Below are positions 1 through 13,887 of a stretch of DNA of 64,000 nucleotides, piece after piece (position 1 is the first letter of the stretch; every line of letters starts with the position of its first letter). This DNA is from Anthoceros angustus. Its lineage: Eukaryota > Plantae > Anthocerotophyta. The translations under genes and the position numbers were made by a program. Under the pieces are notes generated by a model. That model did no database searches and was not told the DNA's origin. It saw nothing but the letters and a program-made list of their open reading frames with translations. The stretch spans positions 128,247 through 192,246 of the forward strand of contig MU008187.1 in the NCBI GenBank assembly GCA_010909165.1, in the 5' to 3' direction.

Positions 1-939
1 CAACCATAGTTGGGGAAAAGTGTATCCGCAACGGAAGTAACAGTATCGTTATATCACAAATCGACTCATCAACATCCCGAACATGGCCCATTGCTTCAAC
101 TGCACCATCATCAAGGGCCGGAGCAGCTTGAGTGTCATCAATCGCAGTAATGTACAACACTCTGCCCCCAAGGCAAAGATCACCGATGTAGGAGCTGGTG
201 CTTTAGTTGCACCCAAATCGTATGGCGGAGTAAACACAACCCCGCTACTTCATCTTGAGGAAATTCATGGAATCGCTGTTGGGAGGGTCCATAAAAGTAA
301 CAGTTCCTGGGTTGGGCGGCAGAGAGTCGTTTGGCTTTGGAGAGAAGCTCCTTGAAAGTGACGCCCTTGCGAAGATAGCCGTATTGGTAAGAGGGTCATG
401 GAGCTTGTATTTTTGCCTCTTCTCCGTAGCCAACAAATAGTAATGGCTGGCTCGATCTTCCAACTTCCTTCGTTTTTCTCAGGACATATGCATATGGAGA
501 CCCAAACACGAAGATGAAGCAAGCTTGGTTTCCTACACCATATGACCTCGAAGGAGTCTTTCCTCAACCGCACTTGTCAAGATCCGATTAAGGATGGTAA
601 CTACGCCTTCCGCCTAATATGCTTTGCTAAGTCCCGACCATTCTAACATACTTCTTGTCATGCCAAGAGTCTGGTTGCGACGTCGCGACACCATTCGCAT
701 TGAGTATATGGCACAATCAATCAGTAAATACCATTGTCCAAATTGATTGATTGAAGTGGCCATGAGTGAATTCTGTGCCGTTGTCAGGACGAAGGCACTT
801 CAGAAGGCATCCAGTTTGTCTCTGAATCATAGGTAACCACTCTTTGAAGATGCCAAAAGTGTCAGACTTCAAACGCATCGGTACGTCCAAGAATATCTAC
901 TATAGTCATCAGTGATGGTGAGATAATATAAGGCACCAC

Positions 940-2170
940 CCAAAGATGGGATATGTATCTTGCCAGAAATGTCAGAGTGTACTAATTCTAGGACCTGGGA
1001 GGCACGGTGGAGCTTTTGGAAAAGGAATCTCCTTTTGTTTGGCTACAACGCAAGTATCACATGGGAAGGTCCTTAAAACATTTTGGCGGCTCTCTATAGC
1101 GGGATAAGTTGGACATCTTAATCTTGTCACGATTAGCATGACCTAATCGGCATGCCAAAGATCGGCTTGAGCGCTTGGCCACATGAGCGATTCCTCGTAT
1201 GCATAGTAAGTCTAATTGATATAGATCATGCACAAGATGTCCTTTGCTACGACCGACCTTTCTCCCTCTCTTCTTAAGCTCACAAATGAAGAAGTGAATA
1301 ACAGCCATCGTCAGTAGGGACATCAATCTAGCCAAGCGGTGCTTTGCCATGTGTGGGACGTACAAGACATTATCTAGGTGAAGGATTGAGCCATCATGAA
1401 GACGGAAAGCGAACATTTTAACCTTCAATTTTAAGGCTCAGAAAGCTCATCTCCCAACAACACCTTATCCGAAGGATGGGAGGATTTAAAATGATCGAGG
1501 AGTGTCCTATCATTGCGAGATATGGGAGGTGGCTCAGTCAAGGTACCAAAGATGGGATATGTATCTTGCCAGAAATGTCAGAGTGTACTAATTCTAGGAC
1601 CTGGGAGGCACGGTGAGCAGGAGCTTTTGGAAAAGGAATCTCCTTTTGTTTGGCTACAACGCAAGTATCACACAGTGGAAGGTCCTTAAAACATTTTGGC
1701 AGTGGCTCTCTATAGCAGGATAAGTTGGACATCTTAATCAGTTGGTCACGATTAGCATGACCTAATCATGCCATGCTTGAGGCGGCCGGTGGGCCACATG
1801 AGCAGATTCCTCAGGTATGCATAGTAAGTCGAATTGATATAGATCATGCACAAGATGTCCTTTTGCTACGACCTGACCTTTCTCCCTCTCTTCTTAAGCT
1901 CACGGTGGAAGAAGTGAATAACAGTCGTCGTCGTAGGGACATCAATCGGCTAAGCAAGCGGTGCTTTGCCATGTGTGGGACGTACAAGACATTATCTAGG
2001 TGAAGGACAGCCATCATGAAGACAAAGCGACATGAGCGGAACCTTCAATTTTAAGGCTGTCTGGTAAGCTCATCTCCCAACAACACCTTATCCCGAAGGA
2101 TGGGAGGATTTAAAATGATAGGAGTGTCCTATCATTGCGAGATATGGGAGGTGGCTCGAGTCAAGGTACC
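940..2170. repeat. Tandem duplication of ~610-620 bp within copia pol (940-1546 / 1547-2170)
   Basis: CAAAGATGGGATATGTATCTTGCCAG occurs at 941 and 1547. Both copies end in ...GTCAAGGTAC. Confidence 0.95.
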
Positions 2171-4055
2171 GATGATGTGTGGACGAAGAGGGAAGAAGCA
2201 AAACAAACCGTCATCACAACAGTTGCTTAGTTATATTCGAAAGATGGTCGATCCTTGGCCACCACATGAGCTTGACCGACGATTGGACTTCTCGAGGTTC
2301 GCGATTTTTTAGCATTCTCTTTCCCAGACCTGGGCACCACACCAATTACGCACGTTCGTTTGAGGTGATGGACTTGGAGGATCCGCCCCGGGCGGTTTAT
2401 ACTTCGGTTTGCCTCTCGTGTAAAGGACTTTATCTTGCTTGGTTCGTCCTGGATCAAATGAGTTACGCTTGCTCCTCCCGTAGAAGGGCCCCTACACTGC
2501 TGAAACTAATGCGGGAGCTTGGCAGCCATAGCTGGTCTCATGCGTATGGTAGCTCCATACCCGAGACAAAGGTCCGAGAATCGCTGGGCAAGCTAGTGAG
2601 CAATTGAGCAAGCGATCCAGCTCGGGAACGAAGAACCAAGGTTGATAAGTTGAGCCCTAAGTTGTCGAAAGCGCAGAACGAAAGGTGAAACCTTCTCCCC
2701 TTCCTTCAGTCTGAGAGCAAAGAGCTCACCCCTGACAGCACAATTTGTGAGGATGTTCCTGGCCTCGTAAGTCTGGAGAAGCTGAGTCCAAATCTCCTCG
2801 GCTTTTAGCAGGAAGGCGACGTCCGACAAAAGTGCTTCATCAAGGCCGCTTATTAAAACAGCACGAGCGACATTATTCAGGTTGTTCCACGCTGCTGCTC
2901 CTGGAGGTGTAAAGCGTGGTTCCTTGATTTGTCCACCGACACCCCCAAACGCGTTCGGGCTTGAAGGGCAGATGTCATTCGAACACGCCATACTTCAAAT
3001 TTGGTGCCATTAAAGCGATCCTTCTCTTTGAATTCCACAGCATAAGATGGTTGAAATGACGGCACGGGAGAGGAGGATGCGCACCTCCACCTCCACCTAC
3101 CGTTTGCTCAACGCCGATGCACCTCCCTTGCTGCTGGCACTATTCCTCCTCTCGATGATGCTCCCGACGCATGTCGCGCGCCACAGACATGCCGACTGTG
3201 AAGGCGAGCAAGGGATCGTAGATCCTATTGCTCGACACTGCAGTCGAATGGGAGGCGCGTGAGGAGGCACCATCACCGGCGAGGAGGCACCAACACGGCG
3301 AGGAGGCACCAACACAAGCGCTGTTGATTCGTGCTCCCGTGAGAATGGAGCCGGAGCTTTTGAACATGAGCCGGAGCGCCCACAGCCGACGCCGCTTGAA
3401 TCTGGATTTTTAAACAGATTGGCGGCGGGCGGAAGGATTGCACTCTTTGGGCGAAAATTGCCGATCAAGAATTCGTAAGATGGAGCGGTCACGTGTGAAT
3501 CCAGCTTGTTCCGCAAGCCCGAGACACCGATGCAATAAAATCGAGAATCTCGTGTGTCTTACATCGACAAGATGGCTTGCCGATTGAACCCGATGAAAAT
3601 ACGGTGAGCACTTGCAATTTCCAAATTTGATTCTCACCGGGTATTCGAATCGAGATGCTTTTGACGCCTCAAGACGCAGGTGAAGTGCTCCTTGGAGATA
3701 AGGTGAAAATTGGAATCTCCGGGTCCGGATTGGTGACCGAAATCTGACACCTTGTTCCCACCGTTGGTAGGAGTCGGAGAAATCCACTGACGTGAGATCG
3801 CCTCACGAGGCATTTTCTCCTCGTAATCACATGACCCGCTGCAAATTCAGCATCCATGTAGCGAAATGTAGAGGTCTCACTATTTGTGTTTTACTATCTC
3901 TAATGTGGCTACGCAGTGGTGGATATCTACATGATACAGAGCCATCATGAAGATGGTCGGATTTTGTGCCCAATTATATTTCTCACCACATGCGTTAGGA
4001 TAATCACATGAAATGTAAAGTACAGATCGGGATCAAGAATCGAATGCACTGGATC

Positions 4056-4067
4056 GCTCCGATACCA
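4056..4067 (-). promoter_or_regulatory. Primer-binding site (tRNA-iMet type) of the copia element
   Basis: Plus strand GCTCCGATACCA equals minus strand TGGTATCGGAGC. It directly abuts the LTR edge (TGT at 4068). Confidence 0.85.
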
Positions 4068-4246
4068 TGTAAACGATCAAAGTAGACAAGATGCTACAAC
4101 GTACTCTAATAAAATAGATTGGTAAGAATTCATTACATAACGCAGGTCTTATATACAATATCTAATCAAATCATGTCGTTATGTAACCTAACGCTAACAG
4201 TAGATCAGTTTATATGATCCAAACCCTAACGGGGTTTAATCCAAAT
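4068..4246 (-). repeat. 5' LTR of the copia element (outer end truncated or uncertain)
   Basis: Starts with TGT right after the PBS, is AT-rich with a TATA-like tract, and ends where the inverted RT fragment begins. Confidence 0.6.
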
Positions 4247-4994
4247 ACCTAAGAACCAGACCTGCTGTCTCTGGGCCTGCGGGATGAAAGGAACCACCCT
4301 TAGGATACCTTACCACTTTTGATGATCCCTCCTCACCTTTCTCCCATTTTCATCAAGTTGTTTATAAAGCTACAATTGATCCTGAAGAGCCGCTAACCTT
4401 GAAACAAGCTTTTTCTTCGCCCGAGAAGGATTTATGGAAAGCCGCAGTGGACTCTGAGTATGATTCCCTAGTTAAGAACTCTACATGGGAATTAGTCAAA
4501 CCACCCAGAGGGAGAAAAATAGTAGGGAGCAAATGGGTCTTCAAAATTAAACGTAAGCGATGGTTCCATTGAGAGATACAAGGCAAGACTAGTAGCCGGA
4601 GGTTTTACCCATATACCGGGTTTAGACTACATACCAGGCTACCTATGCTCCAAAGAGAAAGTTTGCCTCCTTTAGAATGATAATTGCCTTGTCGGCTCAA
4701 CATGGTTTACATCTTCATATGATGGATGTCAAAACCGCTTATTTGCATGGACGCATCCAAGAAGAAATATACATGAAACAACCTGCGGGTTATGAGGTCA
4801 AAGGCAAAGAAGACATGGTATGTAGGCTAATCAAAGGTCTCTATGGCCTAAAACAATCTGCAAAGGAATGGAACAAGGATATACATGACAAGCTCATCAA
4901 GTATGGCTTTATACAAAGCAAAGCTGATGTAAGTATGTATATTTTAAAGACAAAACATAACACACTTTACCTCTTACTTTATGTGGATGATTTA
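4247..4994 (+). pseudogene. Copia reverse transcriptase fragment, truncated just after YVDD
   Basis: ORF 4677-5009 reads 'MMDVKTAYLHG..EEIYMKQPAGY...LIKGLYGLKQS...LLLYVDDL'. The upstream part has 'EPLTLKQA...WKAAVDSEYDSLVKNSTWELV'. Confidence 0.93.
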
Positions 4995-6899
4995 TTTGAA
5001 TTTCTTTGAATTCTTCACATTCCAATCAATTATAATTAACTTGTTCAATTGAGCTCTCTTCACATTGGTTTCTTTCAGTTTTGTAATTCACTCTGCAAAT
5101 TATTCCTTAAAATACTGAAATTAGTGTTTAATATGCCTCTCTGAGCCTTATAGACTTAATTATTAATTCGACATCGCAAATCAATGACCTCTTGAGTCAT
5201 GACAAAGCCAACGATGATGTCCCTAAAGGAGTACTCGGTCTAAGAAGAAAAGAAAAGCTGATGTATAGATGTTATATTTCTAATCCAATCATTTTATTTG
5301 TATAAAGAATTGAGTTCATACTATATGCATTCGTGATCGATAGTTTGAATCTTACAATTTTGTTCTATTGTTTCATAAAATTTCATGGTATAAGGAATTA
5401 AGTTTATACTATATGCCTTTAGTCATTGTCGAGTAGAAATCCAAAGCCAAAATAGAAAGCGGAAGGCATTGTTAATCATTTTACAGTCTAGTGTCGCTGG
5501 GCCAATGCACACTCGGAGGTGATATGCTTTGGCGTAGTGCGTAATAAGCGTTACACCACCAAGGGGTTCGGTTACCTCCACCATTCCAAAAGTGTGACAA
5601 GATGCATGCGATTATAATAGGCTACATAAAGCGTGATATAAGTATAATACCACTCCTTTCCTAGTAGTAATATTCTACCTATATGCTAAGGGAATCCTAA
5701 CTTTGTATTCTATTTTGCTTTTATGGATGCATGAGAGCACCCATCAAAACACACATGACCAACCACGTCCCAAAAGAAATGAAAAAAGCCAACGATGATA
5801 TCGCTAAAAGGTACCGATCTAAGAAAAAAGAAAAGCTGATGTATAGGTGTTATATTTCTAATCCAATCATTTTATTTGTCTAGGAATTGAGTTCATACTA
5901 TATGCATTTTATGATCCACATCGAGTTTGAATCTTACAATTTTATTCTATTCTTTTCATAATATTTCATCCGGGGACTACCCTACTCGGCCCAGAGGGTG
6001 GATATCAACCACCTGGTTGTCCTCTGCGTTCCAGCCTCGACGCCGCTATTGCCCCTCTCTTTCCCTTGAGGGCTCGACACCCCTTCCTCCTTTGGGCGGT
6101 TGTAGGCGCCCTCGTGACCTCCAAGGTCCATCGCATTTGAATATATGCATATCAAGACATGTTATTGTCCATCCAATTATGCGTGGGAAAATACACTATT
6201 ATTTTCAAGAATATTTCTAGTAATTGCCGATATATAACTCAAGTGGTTTTAACACGAAACGCTCATGGAGCGTGAAGGGTTATGTTAAGAAGGACATTGA
6301 GCATAGACGTATCTATAAGTAGCCTACTTGTTTAGTGTTTAAGTAGTTGATAGAAGTCGCAGCTTGTGTATGTAACGGACTCTATTGTTTTGAATGCACC
6401 TTCAAGCAAGAAACGCTATTTTTGTTTCATACGGATGACTGTGTGTCCGAGGCGTCGCCGATGCGCGTGACTTACCTCAACTTGCTTGATCGCCGCAAGG
6501 CATCTCTGGGATTCATGGTGGATTGATTCCGAGGATTCCAACGCACTTTGGATAGGAGTTCACACCATTATGCTTGCGTCTTTTTCTTACATCTTCTAAT
6601 ACTCAGCCGCATGCATATGTTGATACTCGGGAGAGGGTGTCATTTGGAAGTCGGGACAACCAGGATGAGACTCTATTTGCCTTTGCCTTTTCACTTCACG
6701 ATGATTATCAATTTAAAACTATGAAACATTAATAAAACCCAAGCATCTCCACGCTGTGAGAGATTCTAAATTCACTTTGTACTAGAGAGTGGCAACATAA
6801 TGATTTCAAATAAAATACTATTGAACTCACCTTATGATTTTCATTAATATACTAACAAAGGCACTTCCTCATAATAAATATGCATACCATGTTGCTTGG

Positions 6900-8250
6900 G
6901 ATGGACATACATGAGACGGTGTAAGACTTCTGCACACTAAATAAGAGAAAATTTTTGGGAGTGTTGGATTTTCGTTCCGAAAAATATATCAAGGAGTGTA
7001 ATTCAATAATTCGTCAAAAACTTGACTTTTCTTCATAGACAACATTCTACACACGATTTTGAAAAATGACAATCATATGAGAAGATATATATAAAAAAAG
7101 CCCCTCGTATTCTTCCACGACATCTAAATTACAGTTGTACGTATATTGATCTAGGTGAAATGCTATATCAATCCCCAAACACGACTTGCCATGCCTCTTT
7201 TGAGAGGACCACTCCTTCCCCTTGATTGGGAATGCCAGGACTCGCACGACCAATAGATCTGCAATAGGGATGTCAATCTGGTTCTACTACACGTTATTGT
7301 ACTCGTCAAGACTACAAATAGAAAATATCACATCGCAATTCTTTCCATTATTCCATATATCATTAATTACACGCCCAAACTCCACTTGTTATTTGTCCAA
7401 TTGGATCCATCGGGACATTATGCTTGTTGTTGAAGAAACAACTCACTGCATTCCACATAGATAAACTAAGTTCTTACTTATCAAAAATTATTCCGTAATT
7501 CACAAAAGAAAATGCATTTCACATATCTATCCAAATTCCAAACCCACCACCAAAATTAGCCCGCCCTACCAAGCAAGCATCAAGTCACCACAGATTTAGA
7601 TTTGCTCCAAGAAATATATCATGCAACACGATCTACTATCAACGACATATACTTGAGAGAAGATGAAATGTCAGTATTGTGAGTATAACACATTTGACTC
7701 AATATGGTTAGACGTCCTAACATGTCTTCCACGAGGAGTTGAATAACCACTCACTCCTAGAATAACAAACATTGTCAAAGCAACAAAAAAATATACATTG
7801 GAATTAGTTTTTATCATTTTAAATCACTCTACTTAAAAGATAAAAAAGAAAATGATAACCATAGAAATAAATTATAGAATTCACACATGCTTCCGCTTAT
7901 AGTTAGCATTACTACTAGGAAACTTTTCCAACAACAATCAAAACAATGAAAATCTCATACATACTCGAGATAGTGGAAGTTGGTGTATTGCTCGTAGTGT
8001 ACTGGGCATCCGGGTGAATTTGATCATTAGTGCCCACATGCGCTTGGAGCTCAACAAAATTCTTGCCATCCACTACCATGGTGCCCATTGCCAAAGCAAT
8101 AAAACTAGCAAGAGAGTATAGGTCGTCATATCTTTGAACTCAAGATACAAATAGAACTAAGGGATGGAAGCTTGACAAGTTTAGAAAATAGTTAAGTATT
8201 TTGTACCCGGCAATACATATATAGTACTAAATGATCGGTTTACCTCGAAA
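6900..8250 (-). pseudogene. Possible highly decayed hAT-like transposase remnant
   Basis: Only scattered, frameshifted peptide resemblances (RHVRT.., ANLNL.., NLDVV) in the expected order. Confidence 0.25.
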
Positions 8251-9137
8251 ACTAAGATCCAAATTTACTGGTAATAAAAGGCATATAGTATAAACTTAAT
8301 TCCTTATACACATGAAATATTATGAAAAGAATAGAATAAAATTGTAAGATTCAAACTCGATGTGGATCATAAAATGCATATAGTATGAACTCAATTCCCT
8401 AGACAAATAAAATGATTGGATTAGAAATATAACACCTATACATCAGCTTTTCTTTTCTTAGACTGGTACTCCTTTAGCGATATCATCGTTTTTTTCATTT
8501 CTTTTTGGGACGTGGTTGTTGGTCATGTGTGTTTTGATGGGTGCTCTCATGCATCCATAAAAGCAAAATAGAATACAAAGTTAGGATTCCCTTAGCATAT
8601 AGGTAGACTATTACTACTAGGAAAGGAGTGGTATTATCACACCTTATATCACAGTTTATGTAGCCTATTATAACGGTGCTACGCATCTTGTCACACTTTT
8701 GGAATGGTGGAGGTAAGGTAACCGAACCCCTTGGTGGTGTAAGCTTATTACCTCTGGCGAAGCATATCACCTTGTCCGAGTGTGCATTGGCCCAGCGACA
8801 CTAGACTAGAATTAACAATGCCTGCTTTCTATTTTGGCTTTGGATTTCTACTCGACAATGACTAAAGGCATATAGTATAAACTTAATTCCTTATACCATG
8901 AAATTTTATGAAAACAATAGAACAAAATTGTAAGATTCAAACTCATAATCACGAATGCATATAGTATGAACTCAATTCTTTATACAAATAAAATGATTGG
9001 ATTAGAAATATAACATCTATACATAATTTTCTACGAGAGGCATCATTATAAGTATTTGGACATCATCGAGTTTACAGGACTCAAGAGGTCATTGATTTTA
9101 TAATTGATTGGAATGTGAAGAATTCAAAGAATTCAAA

Positions 9138-12100
9138 TAAATCATCCACATAAAGTAAGAGGTCGGTCAAAATATACATACTTGCATCGCTTTGCATAAA
9201 AGCCATACTTGATGAGCTTGTCATATATCCTTGTTCCATTCCTTTCCAGATTGTTTTAGGCCATGAGACCTTTGATTAGCCTACATACCATGTCCTTCTT
9301 TGCCTTTGACCTCATAACCCGCAGGTGGTTTCATGTATATTTCTTCTTGGATGCGTCCATGCAAATAAGCTTTTGACATCCATCATATGAAGATGTAAAC
9401 CATGTTGAGTGACAAGGCAATTATCATTCTAAAGGAGGCAAACTTTACTGGAGCATAGGTAGCCTGTGGTATGTAGTCTAAACCCGATATGGGTAAAACC
9501 TCCGCTACTAGTCTTGCCTTGTATCTCTCAATGGAACCATCGCGCTTACGCTTAATTTTGAAGACCCATTTGCTCCCTACTATTTTTCTCCTCTGGTGGT
9601 TTGACTAATTCCCATGTAGAGTTCTTAACTAGGAATCATACTGAGTCCACTGCTTTCCATAAATCCTTCTCGAGGAAAAGCTTGTTTCAAGGTTAGCGGC
9701 TCTTCGTGATCAATTGTAGCTTTATAAACAACTTGATGAAAATGGGAGAAAGGTGAGGAGGGATCATCAAAAGTGGTAAGGTATCCTAAGGGTGGTTCCT
9801 TTCATCCCAGCCCAGAGCAGTCCGGTTCTTAGGTTGTACCTTGGTGCAAAGTTGTGCATCTTCGCTGACGACTTGTTCTAAAGAGTTTTCTTCTTCTTCA
9901 TATGCTTGAGCTGGTTCAACTATAGGGGAACCGATCCGCATCCGTATATTCGAAAAGTCATCATCCGGATATCATGAATATCGCCAAGGTGTTGAGGAAT
10001 TTCCATGATCTCGGAGTAGTGGGTCGCCGTGGAGAAGGTGGCCTCCTCCTCCTACAATATAGGTTCAACCAAAGGAGAGGAAGGAGAGTAATGTAGGCTA
10101 ATAAATTCATCATCATCAAAGGATGAGGATAAATGATTGTCGTCTGGGACAAAAACAGGAGATCTTGAATTCATTGGAGATAATATGGGAGACTCATGAA
10201 AAGTAACGCTGCGGGCGTAAATGAGTCTCTTAGTAGCTGGATCAAATAATTTGTATCCTTTGATACCTTCTGTATAGCCAATAAAAGTATATTTGGCAGC
10301 CTTATCATCTAACTTCTTACGTTGTGGTTTAGGAATATAAACATACGCCGTACAACCAAAAACCCAAAGGTGGTCGATGGAAGGCTTTCTTCCAGTGAAT
10401 GCTTCATAAGGTGTCATACCTTTAACCGCTGAGGTTGGTAGTCTATTAATGAGATATGTTGCTGTTATCATTGCTTCTGCCCAATATGGTTTAATTAAAC
10501 TAGCTTGGGAGAGCAAGCAACCTGTTATCTCTTGAAGGCGTAGGTTCTTATTCTCTGCTACGCCATTTTGCTGAGGTGTATATACCACTGTAAGTTGTTG
10601 AGCTATACCTTGAGCTCGACAAAAATCAGTAAAAGCATTTGATATAAACTCGCCTCCATTATCGGAACGAAGGGTCTTGAGTTTCTTCTCTATAAGTCTT
10701 TCTGCCCACATCATGTAATCCTTAAAGTACTTAAAGCTTCACTTTTGTGCTTGAGGATGTATGTTGTGGTAAAGCGAGAAATCATCAATGAAAGTAATGA
10801 AGTATCTAACAACAAGGATGGTGCGAAATTGGGCCACAAATGTCGGTGTGAACTAACTAGGGTGCCTTATTCGGGAGAGTTATTTTGGAAAGGTGCTTGA
10901 TGTCTTTTAGTGAGGACACAAGCTTCACACCATGATAATGGTTCTATCTTAGTAAGGGAAGGGTTTCTATAAAGGTTTCCCTTTGACATTTGTACAAGCT
11001 TTTGGCTGTTAGGATGTCTTAATCTACAATGCCAAAGTACAGTTGTATTGGAGGTGACAGAGTTCTGGGAAGGTACATTAATTTTATCATGTGAGGATCC
11101 CACTTGGACTGAGAGTTTATATAACCCGTCCTTTATAGTGCCTGTGCAAATGTTGAGGGACTCACGCAGAGCTCCATCAAAACTCTGGAGTGAAGCGCCC
11201 TAGGCCCGGATCAGTACCGGGATGGGGAACCTATATGTTTTGATAAAATGAATAAAATCGAAGCCGGGCTTATCTGCTCCCAACCTCGCCACCCCATTGG
11301 TGGGTGCGAGTGACGCCATGGGCCATGAGCCGCCCACGGGAGAACGCGGCCACTTTCGCGGCTCCCCATGGTGTTGGCTGCTGCCCGGCCCGCCTCACGG
11401 CGCCCTGTCATGGGCGACCATCTCGCGCCCAGGTGGCTCCTCCTCCTCCTACAATATAGGTTCAACCAAAGGAGGAAGGAGAGTAATGTAGGCTAATAAA
11501 TTCATCATCATCAAAGGATGAGGATAAATGATTGTCGTCGGGACAACAAAACAGAGATCTTGAATTCATTGAGATAATATGGGAGACTCATGAAAGTAAC
11601 TGCATTGAGTCTCTTAGTAGCTGGATCAAATAATTTGTATCCTTTGATACCTTCTATAGCCAATAAAGTATATTTGGCAGCCTTATCATCTAACTTCTTG
11701 CTTGTGGTTTAGGAATATAAACATATGTATACAACCAAAAACCCAAGGTGGTCGATGGAAGGCTTTCTTCCGTTGAATGCTTCATAAGGTGTCATACCTT
11801 TAACCGCTGAGGTTGGTAGTCTATTAATGAGATATGTTCATTATCATTTGCCGCCCAATATGGTTTAATTAAACTAGCTTGGGAGAGCAAGCAACCCGAT
11901 CTCTTGAAGGCGAGGTTCTTATTCTCACCTTTCATTTTTTGAGGTGTATATACCACTGTAAGTTGTTGAGCTATACCTTGAGCTCGACAAAAATCAGTAA
12001 AAGCATTTGATATAAACTCGCCTCCATTATCGGAACGAAGGGTCTTGAGTTTCTTCTCTGTAAGTCTTTTTGCCCACATCATGTAATCCTTAAAGTACTT

Positions 12101-12530
12101 CAAAGCTTCACTTTTGTGCTTGAGGATGTATGTTGTGGTAAAGCGGGAGAAATCATCAATGAAAGTAATGAAGTATCTGCAACCGCTGAAGGATGGTGCA
12201 GAAATTGGGCCACAAATGTCGGTGTGAACTAACTCTAGGGGTGCCTTAGCCCGCTGGGGAGAGTTATTTTGGAAAGGTGCTTGATGTCTTTTAGTGAGGA
12301 CACAAGCTTCACACCATGATAATGGTTCTATCTTAGTAAGGGAAGGGTTTCTATAAAGGTTTCCCTTTGACATTTGTACAAGCTTTTGGCTGTTAGGATG
12401 TCTTAATCTACAATGCCAAAGTACAGTTGTATTGGAGGTGACAGAGTTCTGGGAAGGTACATTAATTTTATCATGTGAGGATCCCACTTGGGTGAGAGTT
12501 TATATAACCGTCCTTTATAGTGCCTGCAAA
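9138..12530 (-). mobile_element. Ty1/copia internal fragment (GAG-pre-integrase, integrase, RT to YVDD)
   Basis: 'LWHCRLRHPN...CEACVLTK...LELVHTDICGP...FIDDFSR...LRSDNGGEF...TPQQNGVAE...YWAEA' (ORFs 10052-10714 and 11792-12487). Confidence 0.95.
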
Positions 12531-12815
12531 TGTTGAGGGACTCGCGAGCTCCATCAAAACTCGGAGTGAAGCGCCTAGGCCCGGATCAGATCTGGATGGG
12601 GAACCTATATGTTTTGATAAATGAATAAAATCGGAGAAGGCTGGCTTATCCTCCCAACCTGCCACCCCATTGGTGGGTGCGAGGCGGTACTGCCATGCCA
12701 TGAGCGCGCCCCGGGAGACGCGTCACTGGCGCCTCCCCATGGTGTTGGGCTCGTGCTCATCGGCCCGCGCCCGCCTCCTCACGCGCTCCCGTCGCGGCGA
12801 CCATCTCTGCGCTCC
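10036..12815. repeat. Tandem duplication of ~1.4 kb (10036-11430 / 11431-12815): integrase plus GC-rich flank
   Basis: AGGTGG..CTCCTCCTCCTACAATATAGG at ~10036 and ~11431. Identical ORF starts 'MGSSHDKINVPSQ' in both copies. Confidence 0.93.
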
Positions 12816-13887
12816 ACGGCGGGGGTGCCTCCCGCCCTTTCCGGCTGCCGCCTGCGGTTGGCTGCCTTATGTTCTTGCTGGGCGCATTTGTGACGCCTGC
12901 TTTGCTAGATCGATTGATGCCTGCACTGTTGTTTTGGCATTGTCACCAAGGGTCGCAGTGGAGGAGACCTCCGCGCCTTCACTCAATGCTATTTGGTGTG
13001 TACATCCGCTCCAAGTAGAACGTAGCTGACATGCATTTTCGATCGTCGGGTCTCCAAAGATAACGTGATCAAGATATGTTAAGTTTAACTTGATGCGGGG
13101 TATGCTTATACATTAGTCCTGTGTGCATAGTCCCTTTGAGATACCTGGATATGCGTTTGACGCATTGCCAATGTTGTTTTCCAGGATTCTCCAAAAATTG
13201 TGAGACTGCGCTAACTTCAAAAGATATATCTAGTCTTGTGAAGTTGCTTAAATACCAGATATTACCATGAAGACAGTCCTCCGAGTGGTATCAGTATTAG
13301 CTGAGGTCTCTTTTGAGTGCATGCAATCGCAGTTTATCAATGTGGCTGCTTGGTACGTTAAAGCTCTTGCTGTAGTCGAAGTTGGTTTTTTCTACTAAGT
13401 GGGTCTTCTTGGATCGTAACTGTGCCTGTTAGCTACTATAGGTTTACAAACTTAGCTTTTACTCATGCTCTCTGGCTTACATAGGCTGCGCGAAGAGACT
13501 TTTTGAAGGCAGCCCACCATTTTCATCAATCCGTGCGTAAGTTTCATCTTCAGCTCCGTTGTTGTTATTTTCTAGGTTCGTGGTGCTGGCATTTTAGGCT
13601 TGGTTTGCAATGTGGCGTGCTCTCTGTCGTCGGTATTTTAAGCCTTTGGCTTCTACAGTCCAGTATGTAATAGCAAGAAAAGCTATATCCAAACTGTCTG
13701 GCTAAGGGTTGGCATCTGTCTCCTTCACTTTGCCTAACTTGATAATGGCTTTGTATGCAGGCAAGATTGAACGACTCAACAAGTGTCCTTTTCTGTTTCA
13801 GTACAAGTTCAGGGCCAAAGCGTAAATAAGTACCTCGGGTAGGTACCACTTCTGATGTTTGACAATTTTGATTATGATAATTTTTGA

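Larger units (their letters stand above)
1..4246 (-). mobile_element. Ty1/copia LTR retrotransposon, 5' part (LTR, gag, protease, GAG-pre-integrase, integrase); continues off the left edge; frameshifted
   Basis: Gag 'FNGTKFEVWRVRM...ARAVLISGLD...LFALRLKEGEKVS' (2593-3065). GAG-pre-integrase 'RLGHANRDKI'. Integrase start 'LELVHSDISG'. iMet-type PBS TGGTATCGGAGC on the minus strand at 4056-4067, adjacent to a TG-starting LTR-like segment. Confidence 0.9.
4247..9834. repeat. Large inverted repeat: arms 4247-5969 and 8312-9834 around a ~2.3-kb spacer
   Basis: 5883-5969 is the reverse complement of 8312-8398. The junction between RT and AT-rich sequence after YVDD is present in both arms (4994 and ~9138). 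ACCTAAGAACC at 4247 pairs with GGTTCTTAGGT ending at 9834. Confidence 0.92.
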
